A stretch of DNA of 64,000 nucleotides from Candidatus Cloacimonadales bacterium (GTDB taxonomy: Bacteria; Cloacimonadota; Cloacimonadia; Cloacimonadales; JAFGVF01), in contig OY762964.1 of the NCBI GenBank assembly GCA_963667035.1, forward strand, positions 2,688,001 through 2,752,000, given 5' to 3'. Under the pieces are notes generated by a model, which saw only the letters and a list, made by a program, of their open reading frames with translations, ran no database searches and was not told where the DNA came from. Made by a program: the position numbers and the translations under genes. Shown piece after piece: positions 19,211 to 28,605 of this stretch (positions are counted from its first letter, which is position 1; each line of letters starts with the position of its first letter).

Positions 19211-21394
19211 TTAGTTAGAGCCGATGGCTTCTACAAAGCGTTTCTGTTCATTTGCAGAAGCTAAATCGTTATCAGGTTCTTCAATCATAGAACCGTTTTT
19301 AATAGTTGGTGAATCCTTAAATTCGAATGTAGTTCTTATATCAAACTCAGCTTGCTTACCTTCATTCCATTGTGCAACAGGTCTAAGATAACCGACGACA
19401 CGAGAATATACCTCACATATGCTCTCACATTTAGGGCAAACATTGTGCTCACCGTTTAAATAGCCATGCTCAGGGCAAACGCTAAAAGTCGGAGAAAAAG
19501 TAAAGTAAGGCAATTTATAGTTAAAGCAAACCTTCTTTACCAGAGATTTGATAGTATCCAGATTGTTGATTCTCTCCCCTGCAAAAATATGCAGCACAGT
19601 TCCACCAGTATATTTTGCTTGTAGTTCGTCTTGAAGATCAAGAACTTCAAATACGTCATTTGAGAAGTCAACCGGCAACTGAGTAGAATTAGTATAGAAA
19701 GGTTCTGCATTAATACCACTGTTTGCAACTTGAATATCAGGATGGCTCTTCTTATCAAGACGAGCAAGTCTATAAGTAGTTCCTTCGGCAGGTGTCGCTT
19801 CCAGATTATAATTATTACCTGTTTCCTCTTGGAAACTAACCAATTTACTTCTCAGATAGTCCATTACTTTAATAGCAAAGTTGTTTCCTTCCTCACTGGC
19901 AATATCGCAGGACAAGAAGTTCTTACAAGATTCATTCATGCCGATAATTCCGATAGTAGAGAAATGATTCTTCCAGAATTTATTGAACCTGTCTTTCACA
20001 TTCTTAAGGTAGAATTTAGTATAAGGGTATAAACCGCTATCGGTGAATGTTTCAAGTACTTTACGCTTAATTTCCAAACTGGATTTTGCCATCGATATCA
20101 GTTTATCCAATCTGTCGAAATAATCCTCTTCATCTAAAGCTAAATAACCTATACGAGGAAGGTTAATAGTGACGACACCGATAGAACCTGTTAGCGGATT
20201 AGCACCGAAGAGTCCACCACCACGAGCTTCTAGTTTTGATGTATCCAATCTCAAACGACAACACATTGAGCGAGAGTCATCAGGACTCATACTGGAATTT
20301 ACGAAGTTTGAGAAGTAAGGGATACCGTATTTAGCGGTTGCTTCCCAAAGATAATCGAGATTCTTGTTATCCCAATCAAAGTCTTTAGTGATGTTATATG
20401 TAGGAATCGGGAAAGTGAATACGCGTCCTAGTGCGTCACCTTCAACCATAACTTCCAAGAAAGCTCTATTCAGCATGTTCATTTCGTTCTGGTAATCAGA
20501 GTAGACTTTGTCTTGAGGAATTCCTCCGATAACAACAGGTTGATTTGCATAAGCTTTAGGAGGAAGTAAATCAAGTGTAATATTAGTAAAAGGAGTTTGG
20601 AATCCAACCCTTGTCGGTACATTAATATTGAACACGAACTCTTGTAATGCTTGTTTTACTTCGGTATATGTAAGTTTATCCTCTCTAATAAAAGGTGCGA
20701 GTAAAGTGTCAAAACTTGAGAAAGCTTGAGCTCCGGCAGCTTCTCCCTGTAAAGTGTAGAAGAAGTTTATGATTTGTCCTAATGCCGATCTAAAATGTTT
20801 CGCAGGTCCGCTTTCGACTTTTCCTTTAGCTCCCTTGAAACCTTGAACCAGTAAATCCATCAAATCCCAACCGACACAATAAACAGATATTAAACCTAAA
20901 TCATGAATATGTAAGTCTCCTTCAGCGTGAGCATTCTTTATCTCAGGAGGATAGATTTTATTCAGCCAGTATGTTTTACTAACTTCGGAAGCAATGTAAT
21001 TATTCAGTCCTTGCAGTGAGTAAGCCATATTACTATTCTCATTCACCTGCCAGTCAAGTTTCTCCAGATATTGGTCTATTAAGTTAACATTTGAAGTAGA
21101 GATAATTTCTCTAATCTTTGCATGCTGGTCACGATAGATAATATAAGCTTTTGCTGTCTTTTTATAAGGAGAAGATAACAGTATTTCCTCAACTATGTCC
21201 TGTAATTCTTCCACGGCAACAATGCTTTTGTTGTATAATTGTTGTGAGAGATTAACGACTTTCAAAGTCATCTTAATTGCTTCTTTCTTTCCGAATTCTC
21301 CTGTAGCTTCACCTGCTTTAGCAAGTGCTTCAGTAATCTTATTACTGTCAAACCTGGCTATTAACCCATTTCTTTTACGAACTGCCTCGAACAT
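19211..21394 (-). CDS. nrdD: Class III (anaerobic) ribonucleoside-triphosphate reductase with ATP cone
   Basis: N-terminal ATP cone (VRKRNG...FDSNKI), HIHDL, SMCCRL, EATPAEG, Zn site CPEHG...CPKC, glycyl-radical loop YSRVVGYLRP. Confidence 0.95.
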   Translation of the reverse strand: MFEAVRKRNGLIARFDSNKITEALAKAGEATGEFGKKEAIKMTLKVVNLSQQLYNKSIVAVEELQDIVEEILLSSPYKKTAKAYIIYRDQHAKIREIISTSNVNLIDQYLEKLDWQVNENSNMAYSLQGLNNYIASEVSKTYWLNKIYPPEIKNAHAEGDLHIHDLGLISVYCVGWDLMDLLVQGFKGAKGKVESGPAKHFRSALGQIINFFYTLQGEAAGAQAFSSFDTLLAPFIREDKLTYTEVKQALQEFVFNINVPTRVGFQTPFTNITLDLLPPKAYANQPVVIGGIPQDKVYSDYQNEMNMLNRAFLEVMVEGDALGRVFTFPIPTYNITKDFDWDNKNLDYLWEATAKYGIPYFSNFVNSSMSPDDSRSMCCRLRLDTSKLEARGGGLFGANPLTGSIGVVTINLPRIGYLALDEEDYFDRLDKLISMAKSSLEIKRKVLETFTDSGLYPYTKFYLKNVKDRFNKFWKNHFSTIGIIGMNESCKNFLSCDIASEEGNNFAIKVMDYLRSKLVSFQEETGNNYNLEATPAEGTTYRLARLDKKSHPDIQVANSGINAEPFYTNSTQLPVDFSNDVFEVLDLQDELQAKYTGGTVLHIFAGERINNLDTIKSLVKKVCFNYKLPYFTFSPTFSVCPEHGYLNGEHNVCPKCESICEVYSRVVGYLRPVAQWNEGKQAEFDIRTTFEFKDSPTIKNGSMIEEPDNDLASANEQKRFVEAIGSN

Positions 21395-21847
21395 TGTACT
21401 CCTCGCTGAAAGTGATATTTATAATTACATAATTTTCAATAACTTATGTTTTCATTGTAAATATTTTCAATAACGTTTATGATTGTTTTACTGTGCTAAG
21501 AGACAGTCATTTCTGAAAGTTGTCAATAACTCTTTTTCTCCAAGATTTCTCAGATAATTCTAGTTACCTTTGTTTAGCAATAATTGTAGCTTCGAAAAAA
21601 GTTTTCTCCCCTATATTAGGAATAAATATACTTTTTTGGAACAAAACTTACAGTCAATGAGTTACCAACATCTGACAAAAATTCATCTATTCACTCGTAT
21701 CAATTTTCCCTTGGCGAGCCACCCTTAAAAGTATCCATCCTAGGGAGGTCAAAGTTCAACAAAAAAACTACGTAAATTAAATGATATAATATCATCAATA
21801 GTGACCGGTGTCTTTATGGATTATATACTTGATAAAAATGCAGAGTA

Positions 21848-21896
21848 AATGTTTCATCCACGCAAAGAGCGTAGCGAATGGAGGGGATGAAACATT
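21848..21896. repeat. 12-bp stem-loop with REP-like GAGCGTAGCGA loop
   Basis: AATGTTTCATCC ... GGATGAAACATT, flanked by TGGATTATATA direct repeats at 21817-21827 and 21910-21920. Confidence 0.55.
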
Positions 21897-22034
21897 CGCC
21901 TTGAATACTTGGATTATATATATCCTACAAAAAAGAGTGTCAGCAATCTTTGCAGATTACGTAATTGTTTACATAAAAGGGTTACCTTCCGGGTGATGAA
22001 AACAATCTATTCTTCTTTACTTCTCCTTCATCTC

Positions 22035-22111
22035 CCTGCAGTAATTCCTGTGAAACCCTTGTGAAACACTTGGGCAATCCTTAGGTAATCCTTGGGTTAA
22101 TTACCAAGAAG
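22035..22111. repeat. 11-bp-period array, divergent sequence type (copy C)
   Basis: TCCTGTGAAAC CCTTGTGAAAC ACTTGGGCAAT CCTTAGGTAAT CCTTGGGTTAA, then the inverted unit TTACCAAGAAG. Confidence 0.65.
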
Positions 22112-22360
22112 TAGCTAATTTATTAATAAGTTAGAATTGATTTTAAAACAATTGTTACTGCTTAGAGTAGAGAGAGGAATATGAATTAGGGGGAGTAAAA
22201 AGAAAGTGGCGAGTCACCCTGAGCGGAATGACAAAAGGTAAGAATATTCTAAAAGTGTGGGGAGTAAAAAAATATTGCTATAATAGAAAAAGTCTGAATA
22301 ATTGAATTTATGAGAATGTAATAGTGTGAGTTAGCTATCACTATTCAGAAGGAGGAGAAT

Positions 22361-24085
22361 ATGAAAAGGCTGATATTATACATAATTTTTGCTACTTTAA
22401 TAACCTTTTGTTTTGCCGAAATAATCCATATTAGCGGAGCAGTAGAGACATTAGATAATTCCGAGTACATGCCGATACCAATAGAAGGAGCAACAATCCA
22501 TATTGATAATGTGGAAGATGATATTCTTACTAATGAAAACGGTCACTATGAAGTAGATGTAAATTGGATTTGGAATGGACCTATTGTGATAACTTGTTCT
22601 AAACAGGGCTTTACAACAGTAACAGAGACTCTTTTCCCAAGTCATCCATACGAATATGTTAACTTTATTCTTGAAGTTGAAATTCCAACAAATCAGATTA
22701 TCGGAAATGTATTTTATGTAAACGATGTTAATGAAAACGTTCCGATACAAGGAGCATTCATTCAGATCGCTGGGGTTGAAGAATGTGTTGAAACGGATGC
22801 TACGGGTAACTACTCAATTGAATTTGTCTGGAATTGGGATAGTGCGGTAGTTATATGTTGTGAGCATATTGATTATGAGACAGAAACATATAGCTTTTTC
22901 CCTGATGAGAATCCTGCTACAGTTAATTTTGAGATGACTCCTGTTCCGGGACCTTTTACAAATATGATTTACGGTTATGTATCAGATGTTAACTCGGGAA
23001 ATCCCATAGAAAATGCTTTGATAAGTATAAACTCGACACAAGAGACCGAGCAAACGGATTCATCAGGCTACTATGAAATATGTTTTAATTGGAATTGGGA
23101 TAGTGCAGTCGTTATTAATTGCTCTTATACAGGCTATGAGCAACAGACAATCAGTTTGTTTCCTGACGATTATGAAACTCAAGTGGACTTCTATCTTTCA
23201 ACTCAATCATCTCCTGAACCAATAACTATCCAAGGTACTGTTTTTTGCAGTGATTCAAGTGACCAGCCTATTGAAGGAGCAGTACTTACTTTTGGAGCTC
23301 CTGGAGAAGTGCCAAGTTCCGCTACTAATAGTCAAGCTAACGGCACTTACTCTGCATCACTTGTATGGAATTGGTATGGTCCGATTGAGATTACTTGCCA
23401 TGTTCCCGGATACTATCATAGAATAATTGACTATCTTCCTACTGACGATATCTATAATTATGATATCTGCATGCAGGCTCTTCCTGCTTCATTTGAACCG
23501 CCGATTGGATTAACCGGATATTTGGTAAATAATGACAGAGTTGTTCTTGATTGGGTTGAACCAACGACATGGCCGTTATCATATCCCTTAACATATAGAG
23601 TGTATATTAGGGAAAATGATAACCAATATTTTCACCCTCTGGAAAGCATCAGTTACTCTGAGACAACTTACGATTTTACTCTTTCCATGACCGGAGATTG
23701 GGAAGCTGATTTTGCTGTGACAGTATTCGAAGATTCTACTGAAACTACTTTTAGCAATATCTTCCACATCGGATATTCTATCTCAACAGATGATGAATTT
23801 CAGATAACTGTTGAACCGCAACTGTCCGTATACCCTAATCCATTTAATCCTACTACGACAATAAAGCTGGACCTACTCGAAGATGAACAGGTTAAAGCAA
23901 ATATCTACAATATCAAAGGGCAGTTAATAAAAACTCTGATTAACGGTAGGCTTGATAAAGGTGAAAACAATATTATCTGGGACGGAATTGATAACAATAA
24001 CCAAAGCGTAAGTTCGGGAGTTTATCTGTTAAAAGTCGAGACGCATGGAAGAAGTTATATAAGAAAATTATCCTTAATGAAATAG
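22361..24085 (+). CDS. Secreted protein: four carboxypeptidase-regulatory-like repeats, FN3-like domain, FlgD-Ig/T9SS-like C-terminal domain
   Basis: Signal peptide; four PIxGA...TxxxGxY...WxW repeats; C-terminal YPNPFNP...IYNIKGQLI...WDG...SSGVY...KLSLMK. RBS AGGAGG. Confidence 0.85.
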   Translation: MKRLILYIIFATLITFCFAEIIHISGAVETLDNSEYMPIPIEGATIHIDNVEDDILTNENGHYEVDVNWIWNGPIVITCSKQGFTTVTETLFPSHPYEYVNFILEVEIPTNQIIGNVFYVNDVNENVPIQGAFIQIAGVEECVETDATGNYSIEFVWNWDSAVVICCEHIDYETETYSFFPDENPATVNFEMTPVPGPFTNMIYGYVSDVNSGNPIENALISINSTQETEQTDSSGYYEICFNWNWDSAVVINCSYTGYEQQTISLFPDDYETQVDFYLSTQSSPEPITIQGTVFCSDSSDQPIEGAVLTFGAPGEVPSSATNSQANGTYSASLVWNWYGPIEITCHVPGYYHRIIDYLPTDDIYNYDICMQALPASFEPPIGLTGYLVNNDRVVLDWVEPTTWPLSYPLTYRVYIRENDNQYFHPLESISYSETTYDFTLSMTGDWEADFAVTVFEDSTETTFSNIFHIGYSISTDDEFQITVEPQLSVYPNPFNPTTTIKLDLLEDEQVKANIYNIKGQLIKTLINGRLDKGENNIIWDGIDNNNQSVSSGVYLLKVETHGRSYIRKLSLMK

Positions 24086-24094
24086 AGTTTACTG

Positions 24095-24125
24095 AGCGGG
24101 ATGCTGATAGTATCCCGCTTTTTTT
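24095..24125 (+). terminator. Rho-independent terminator
   Basis: AGCGGGATGCT-gat-AGTATCCCGCT followed by a T-run. Confidence 0.85.
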
Positions 24126-24520
24126 ACAGATTGACTCGAGCAAATAAATCTAAACTACTTAACTTACTGTAAAACAGGATTGCTTTTCAAAGCAGAGTAA
24201 CGGCATTCACAAAAATAGTAAAAATTTAGTTTACAGTCATTGCAAAGTTAAAAAAATCACTTCATTATTAATTGCTCTGTCCTTTTATGGGAGAAGAGCG
24301 AAAATTTATGAATGTTTTCAAAAGTATTTCAGAACTTGGATGGTCTGAAGAATTAATCGCATAATGATTTCTTAACTATAAGTAAGAATCACTTATTTCA
24401 TTTTAAAAGGTTGTTAGGTAACTATTGCAAACAGAAAGATGTTGATTACTCTATCAATGTGCAGAGCTGTTTCAATCAATCTTTACTTCCGGAGAAAATG
24501 ATGAAAAATTGGATTATAAT

Positions 24521-26296
24521 ATGAAAAGCAAAAAGAAGACTAAGCAGTTTGCCCGTGTTATTCCGCTACTAAAGAAATCTTGGCACAAAATAGCCCTCGG
24601 TATTGTAACCCTAGTAATTGTAGACACAATTCAATTGGTAATACCTAAGTTTACTCAAAAAGCAATTGATGGTATTCAAACCGGTGTCCTCGACAAATCA
24701 GGATTAGCTTTGATAGCGATGCATATCTTGCTTCTTACTTTAGGAATTGTTGTAATGAGATTCCTGTGGCGATACTTGATTGTGGGGAATTCGTTTTTCA
24801 TTGAAACTGAGTTAAGACAAAACTTCTATAATCATTTGTTGAAGCTATCTCAGAATTTCTATAATTACAACAAAATCGGTGATTTGATGGCTCATGCAAC
24901 TAATGACCTTAATGCCGTAAGAATGCTTTTCGGATTCGGGGTTATTGCTGCTTCCGATATCTTTCTTATGTTTCTGGCGTCATTAGGATTTATGGTTAAT
25001 ATTGATGCAAGATTGACCCTGCTAGCTATCATACCATTACCAATCTTAACAGTGATAATCCTATCATTCGGAAGAAGAGTTCACAAATACTTTGGACAAG
25101 TACAGAACTCATTTTCTCAATTAAGTGGTATGATTCAAGAAAGCATTAGTGGAGTAAGAGTGATAAAAGCTTTCTCACAAGAAGGTAGTGAATTACAGAA
25201 GCTGAGCGATTATTCTCTGGATTACGTAAAGAAAAACATAACAATGGCTAAATTGCAAGGGGTATTCAATCCTTTGATGACAGTTGTTGTAAGTTTAAGT
25301 ATGGTGATTACGCTTGTTTTTGGTGGTAGAGCAGCAATTGCTGGTGAAATTACTATTGGTGAATTCATAGCTTTCTATTCATATCTTGGTATGCTTGTGT
25401 GGCCTATGATCGCAGTTGGCTTTATCATCAATATGTATCAGAGAGGTACTGCTTCACTTGTCAGACTTAATAAGATTTTTGAATCAGAACCTGAATTGAA
25501 TAATAAGAATGCTGATAAGAATATAAAAGAACTTAGGGGAAAGGTTGAGTTTAAAAACCTAACCTTCTCATATAAAAAAGATGAACTTCCGACAGTTTTA
25601 GAGGATCTTAACTTCACAATTAATCCGGGTGAGACCTTGGCGATTGTTGGACCAACAGGCTGCGGGAAGACTACGATAATTGATCTCTTGGCCCGTGTCT
25701 ATGATCCGGATAATAACTCAATATTGCTTGATGATAATGACATTCATAAAGTACAAACAGACATCCTTTACAGAGATTTATTGACGGTCCCTCAAGAAAT
25801 ATTCCTATTCTCGGATACAATTGCAAACAATATTGCTTTATCAAAACCTGATGCAACAAAAGAAGAAATCATGCAAGCTGCTGAATTAGCTCAAGTTCAT
25901 GCTGATATTGAAGGATTTGAACAGGGATATGAGACCATTGTCGGCGAAAGAGGCGTGACTCTCTCAGGTGGACAAAAACAAAGAGTTGCAATTGCAAGAG
26001 CACTATTGGGTAATCCAAAGATACTTGTATTGGATGACGCGTTATCTGCTGTTGATACTAAAACGGAACGCTCCATTATTAATCATTTGGTAAGAATCAG
26101 AAAAGATAAAACCACTATTATTATAGCTCATAGAATCTCTTCAATCCAACATGCTGATAACATTATCGTAATTGATAATAAGAGAATTGCTGAAAGTGGT
26201 ACACATGGGGAGCTGCTAAGTAAACAGGGACTCTATTGGGACTTAAATGAGAAACAGAAATTAGAAGAGAAATTAAGTGGAGGTCATGATGCCTAG
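24521..26296 (+). CDS. Heterodimeric ABC exporter subunit 1 (MdlA/YheI-like)
   Basis: Six-TM domain plus NBD: GPTGCGKT, LSGGQKQR, degenerate Walker B LDDA. Start placed at ATG 24521. Confidence 0.9.
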   Translation: MKSKKKTKQFARVIPLLKKSWHKIALGIVTLVIVDTIQLVIPKFTQKAIDGIQTGVLDKSGLALIAMHILLLTLGIVVMRFLWRYLIVGNSFFIETELRQNFYNHLLKLSQNFYNYNKIGDLMAHATNDLNAVRMLFGFGVIAASDIFLMFLASLGFMVNIDARLTLLAIIPLPILTVIILSFGRRVHKYFGQVQNSFSQLSGMIQESISGVRVIKAFSQEGSELQKLSDYSLDYVKKNITMAKLQGVFNPLMTVVVSLSMVITLVFGGRAAIAGEITIGEFIAFYSYLGMLVWPMIAVGFIINMYQRGTASLVRLNKIFESEPELNNKNADKNIKELRGKVEFKNLTFSYKKDELPTVLEDLNFTINPGETLAIVGPTGCGKTTIIDLLARVYDPDNNSILLDDNDIHKVQTDILYRDLLTVPQEIFLFSDTIANNIALSKPDATKEEIMQAAELAQVHADIEGFEQGYETIVGERGVTLSGGQKQRVAIARALLGNPKILVLDDALSAVDTKTERSIINHLVRIRKDKTTIIIAHRISSIQHADNIIVIDNKRIAESGTHGELLSKQGLYWDLNEKQKLEEKLSGGHDA

Positions 26297-28412
26297 AGGT
26301 GGTGGATTCGGAATGAATGTTGATGATCTGCAAGGTAAGATTTATGATAGAAAACTTTATGGTAGACTATTCCCATATATCAAGCCTTATATGCATATCA
26401 TTGCAGTTGCCTTCATTATCATGCTTGCCTTAGCTTTTATTGAAATATATCTTCCTCTGATTACAAAAACGGCTATGGATGATCATGTTGTTTCAAACAG
26501 GTCTATTCTAATTCTCGATACGAAAGCAAAACAGGATGAATTTGATAAGCGTTATGGAAAGCTTAAGTTTACTAAATATCAAAACAATGATATTGAGTAT
26601 GTTATTGTCCCTACTAAGAAGCGAAAACATCTAGGTAAAAAAGAGATAGCTGCCTATACCAAAGCAGGTACATTGACAAAAGAGAACTATTATTTTACAC
26701 AAAGTAGCCCTGAATATATAGAAATATTGAATAAATACAATCCGACCGGAAATGAAGTAATCCGACTTTCTAATCAAGAGTTGGCTTTCTCGGAAGTCAT
26801 TTCTAAAAGATTTGATAAAAAAGATTGGCTTCATCTGCGACAACGAGATGCGGATAAACTTATGCATTACGGATTGTTGTATTTAGCATTTATATTGCTT
26901 CAATTTGTCTTTAACTTTCTACAAGTGTTTTTAACAACTTATTCATCACAGCATGCGATGAATGACTTAAGAAAGGATTTATTTGGTCATCTACAAAGAA
27001 TGCCTGTATCCTTTTTCGATAAGAACCCTGTAGGAAGACTTGTGACCAGAGTGACAAATGATATACGTACTCTTGATGAAATGCTTGCCACAGGTGCAAT
27101 AACAATTATTCAAGATTTCTTAAAGATAATTGCTATTATGATTCTTATGCTGAATTTGAATGTTGAGTTATCCCTTGTATCATTCAGTTTAATCCCTATT
27201 ATAATTTTACTGATTGTGCTATATAAAAGGAAAATTAGACCTATTTACAGGGAAGTTAGAAAGAAAATAGCATCACTTAATGCTACTTTAGCAGAGCATA
27301 TGTCAGGCTCAAAGATTATTCAAATATTCAATCAGTATGATAATAAGAGGAAAGAGTTTAGTGAGAAGAACGAAAGCTATTATAAAACAACACTTCAACA
27401 GTTGACTCTGAATGCTTTCTTCAATCCGCTTATTCATATCTGTACTCATATAGCTATTGCTCTCATTATCTGGTATGGCGGTGGTAAGATTCTTGATAAT
27501 GTTATTACAATAGGTCTGTTTATGGCATTCACGGAGTATGTCAGAAAGTTGTTTGAACCAATCAATCAGTTTAGCCAGAAGTTTGATATCTTACAAGCAG
27601 CCCTTACAGGTGCTGAGAGAATATTTGGATTGATGGATGAAAAACAAGATGATTATAGAGAAGGGTTAACTAGTAATAAGAAGTTTGATGGCAGTATAGA
27701 ATTCAAGAATCTTTGGTTAGCTTATAATCCTGAGGAATGGGTACTGAAGGATGTCTCATTCAAGATTAATCCTGGTGAAAAAGTTGCTTTGGTTGGTCAT
27801 ACAGGTTCAGGTAAAACCTCCATAGTTAATCTTATTCTCGGTATGTATCCCTTCCAGAAAGGACAAATACTGCTAGATGGTAAAGTAATTAAAGATTACT
27901 CTTTAGCAGATATTAGGAGTAATATCGGTATTGTTCAACAAGATGTATTCCTTTTCTCAGGTACTATTAAAGATAACATTGTTCTGAACAATAATGCTTT
28001 AACTCAAAGAAGGTTGGAAGAAGTATCACACATGGTAAATGTGGATAAGTTTATAAACTCACTTCCGGGTAAATATGAGGAACCTGTCCAAGAACGTGGA
28101 GCTACATTCTCTGTTGGACAAAGACAGTTAATAGCTTTTGCAAGAGTTCTTGCTTATGATCCCTCTATCTTTATTCTTGATGAGGCTACTTCCAATATTG
28201 ATACCGAAACAGAGATACTAATCCAATCAGCTCTTGAGAGGGTGATGGAAAATAGAACATCAATAATTATTGCTCATAGACTCTCTACAATCCAGCATTG
28301 CGATAGAATTATAGTTCTTCATAAAGGAAGAATTATTGAAGAAGGAAACCATCAGGAGCTCCTTCAAGAAGAAGGATTGTATTACGATTTGTACAAATTA
28401 CAATATAATTAA
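26289..28412 (+). CDS. Heterodimeric ABC exporter subunit 2 (MdlB/YheH-like) with a long loop after TM1
   Basis: GHTGSGKT, degenerate signature FSVGQ, LDEAT, AHRLST. GGAGG precedes ATG 26289. Confidence 0.9.
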   Translation: MPRGGGFGMNVDDLQGKIYDRKLYGRLFPYIKPYMHIIAVAFIIMLALAFIEIYLPLITKTAMDDHVVSNRSILILDTKAKQDEFDKRYGKLKFTKYQNNDIEYVIVPTKKRKHLGKKEIAAYTKAGTLTKENYYFTQSSPEYIEILNKYNPTGNEVIRLSNQELAFSEVISKRFDKKDWLHLRQRDADKLMHYGLLYLAFILLQFVFNFLQVFLTTYSSQHAMNDLRKDLFGHLQRMPVSFFDKNPVGRLVTRVTNDIRTLDEMLATGAITIIQDFLKIIAIMILMLNLNVELSLVSFSLIPIIILLIVLYKRKIRPIYREVRKKIASLNATLAEHMSGSKIIQIFNQYDNKRKEFSEKNESYYKTTLQQLTLNAFFNPLIHICTHIAIALIIWYGGGKILDNVITIGLFMAFTEYVRKLFEPINQFSQKFDILQAALTGAERIFGLMDEKQDDYREGLTSNKKFDGSIEFKNLWLAYNPEEWVLKDVSFKINPGEKVALVGHTGSGKTSIVNLILGMYPFQKGQILLDGKVIKDYSLADIRSNIGIVQQDVFLFSGTIKDNIVLNNNALTQRRLEEVSHMVNVDKFINSLPGKYEEPVQERGATFSVGQRQLIAFARVLAYDPSIFILDEATSNIDTETEILIQSALERVMENRTSIIIAHRLSTIQHCDRIIVLHKGRIIEEGNHQELLQEEGLYYDLYKLQYN

Positions 28413-28513
28413 ATAATTAATGTTAGTGTAAATATTGCTGATTATACTGTATGACAGAAACAAAAATGATGTAGTACACGGCTAATAGAGCACTTTAGCC
28501 TTACATTTATAGT

Positions 28514-28541
28514 TTGACAGGAAAAACAGCAGATATATATT
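28514..28541 (+). promoter_or_regulatory. Candidate sigma70 promoter
   Basis: TTGACA-16 bp-TATATT about 65 bp upstream of the 28606 start. Confidence 0.45.
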
Positions 28542-28605
28542 TTGAAATTAATGCAATGAAGAAAAAGAATAATAAACGGATTAACCGTATAACAGAGGAG
28601 GAATT

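Noticed and set aside
21395..21700. NrdR boxes or a cobalamin riboswitch upstream of nrdD
   Set aside because: CCTATATTAGG only loosely resembles an NrdR box and has no tandem partner. No B12-box was found.
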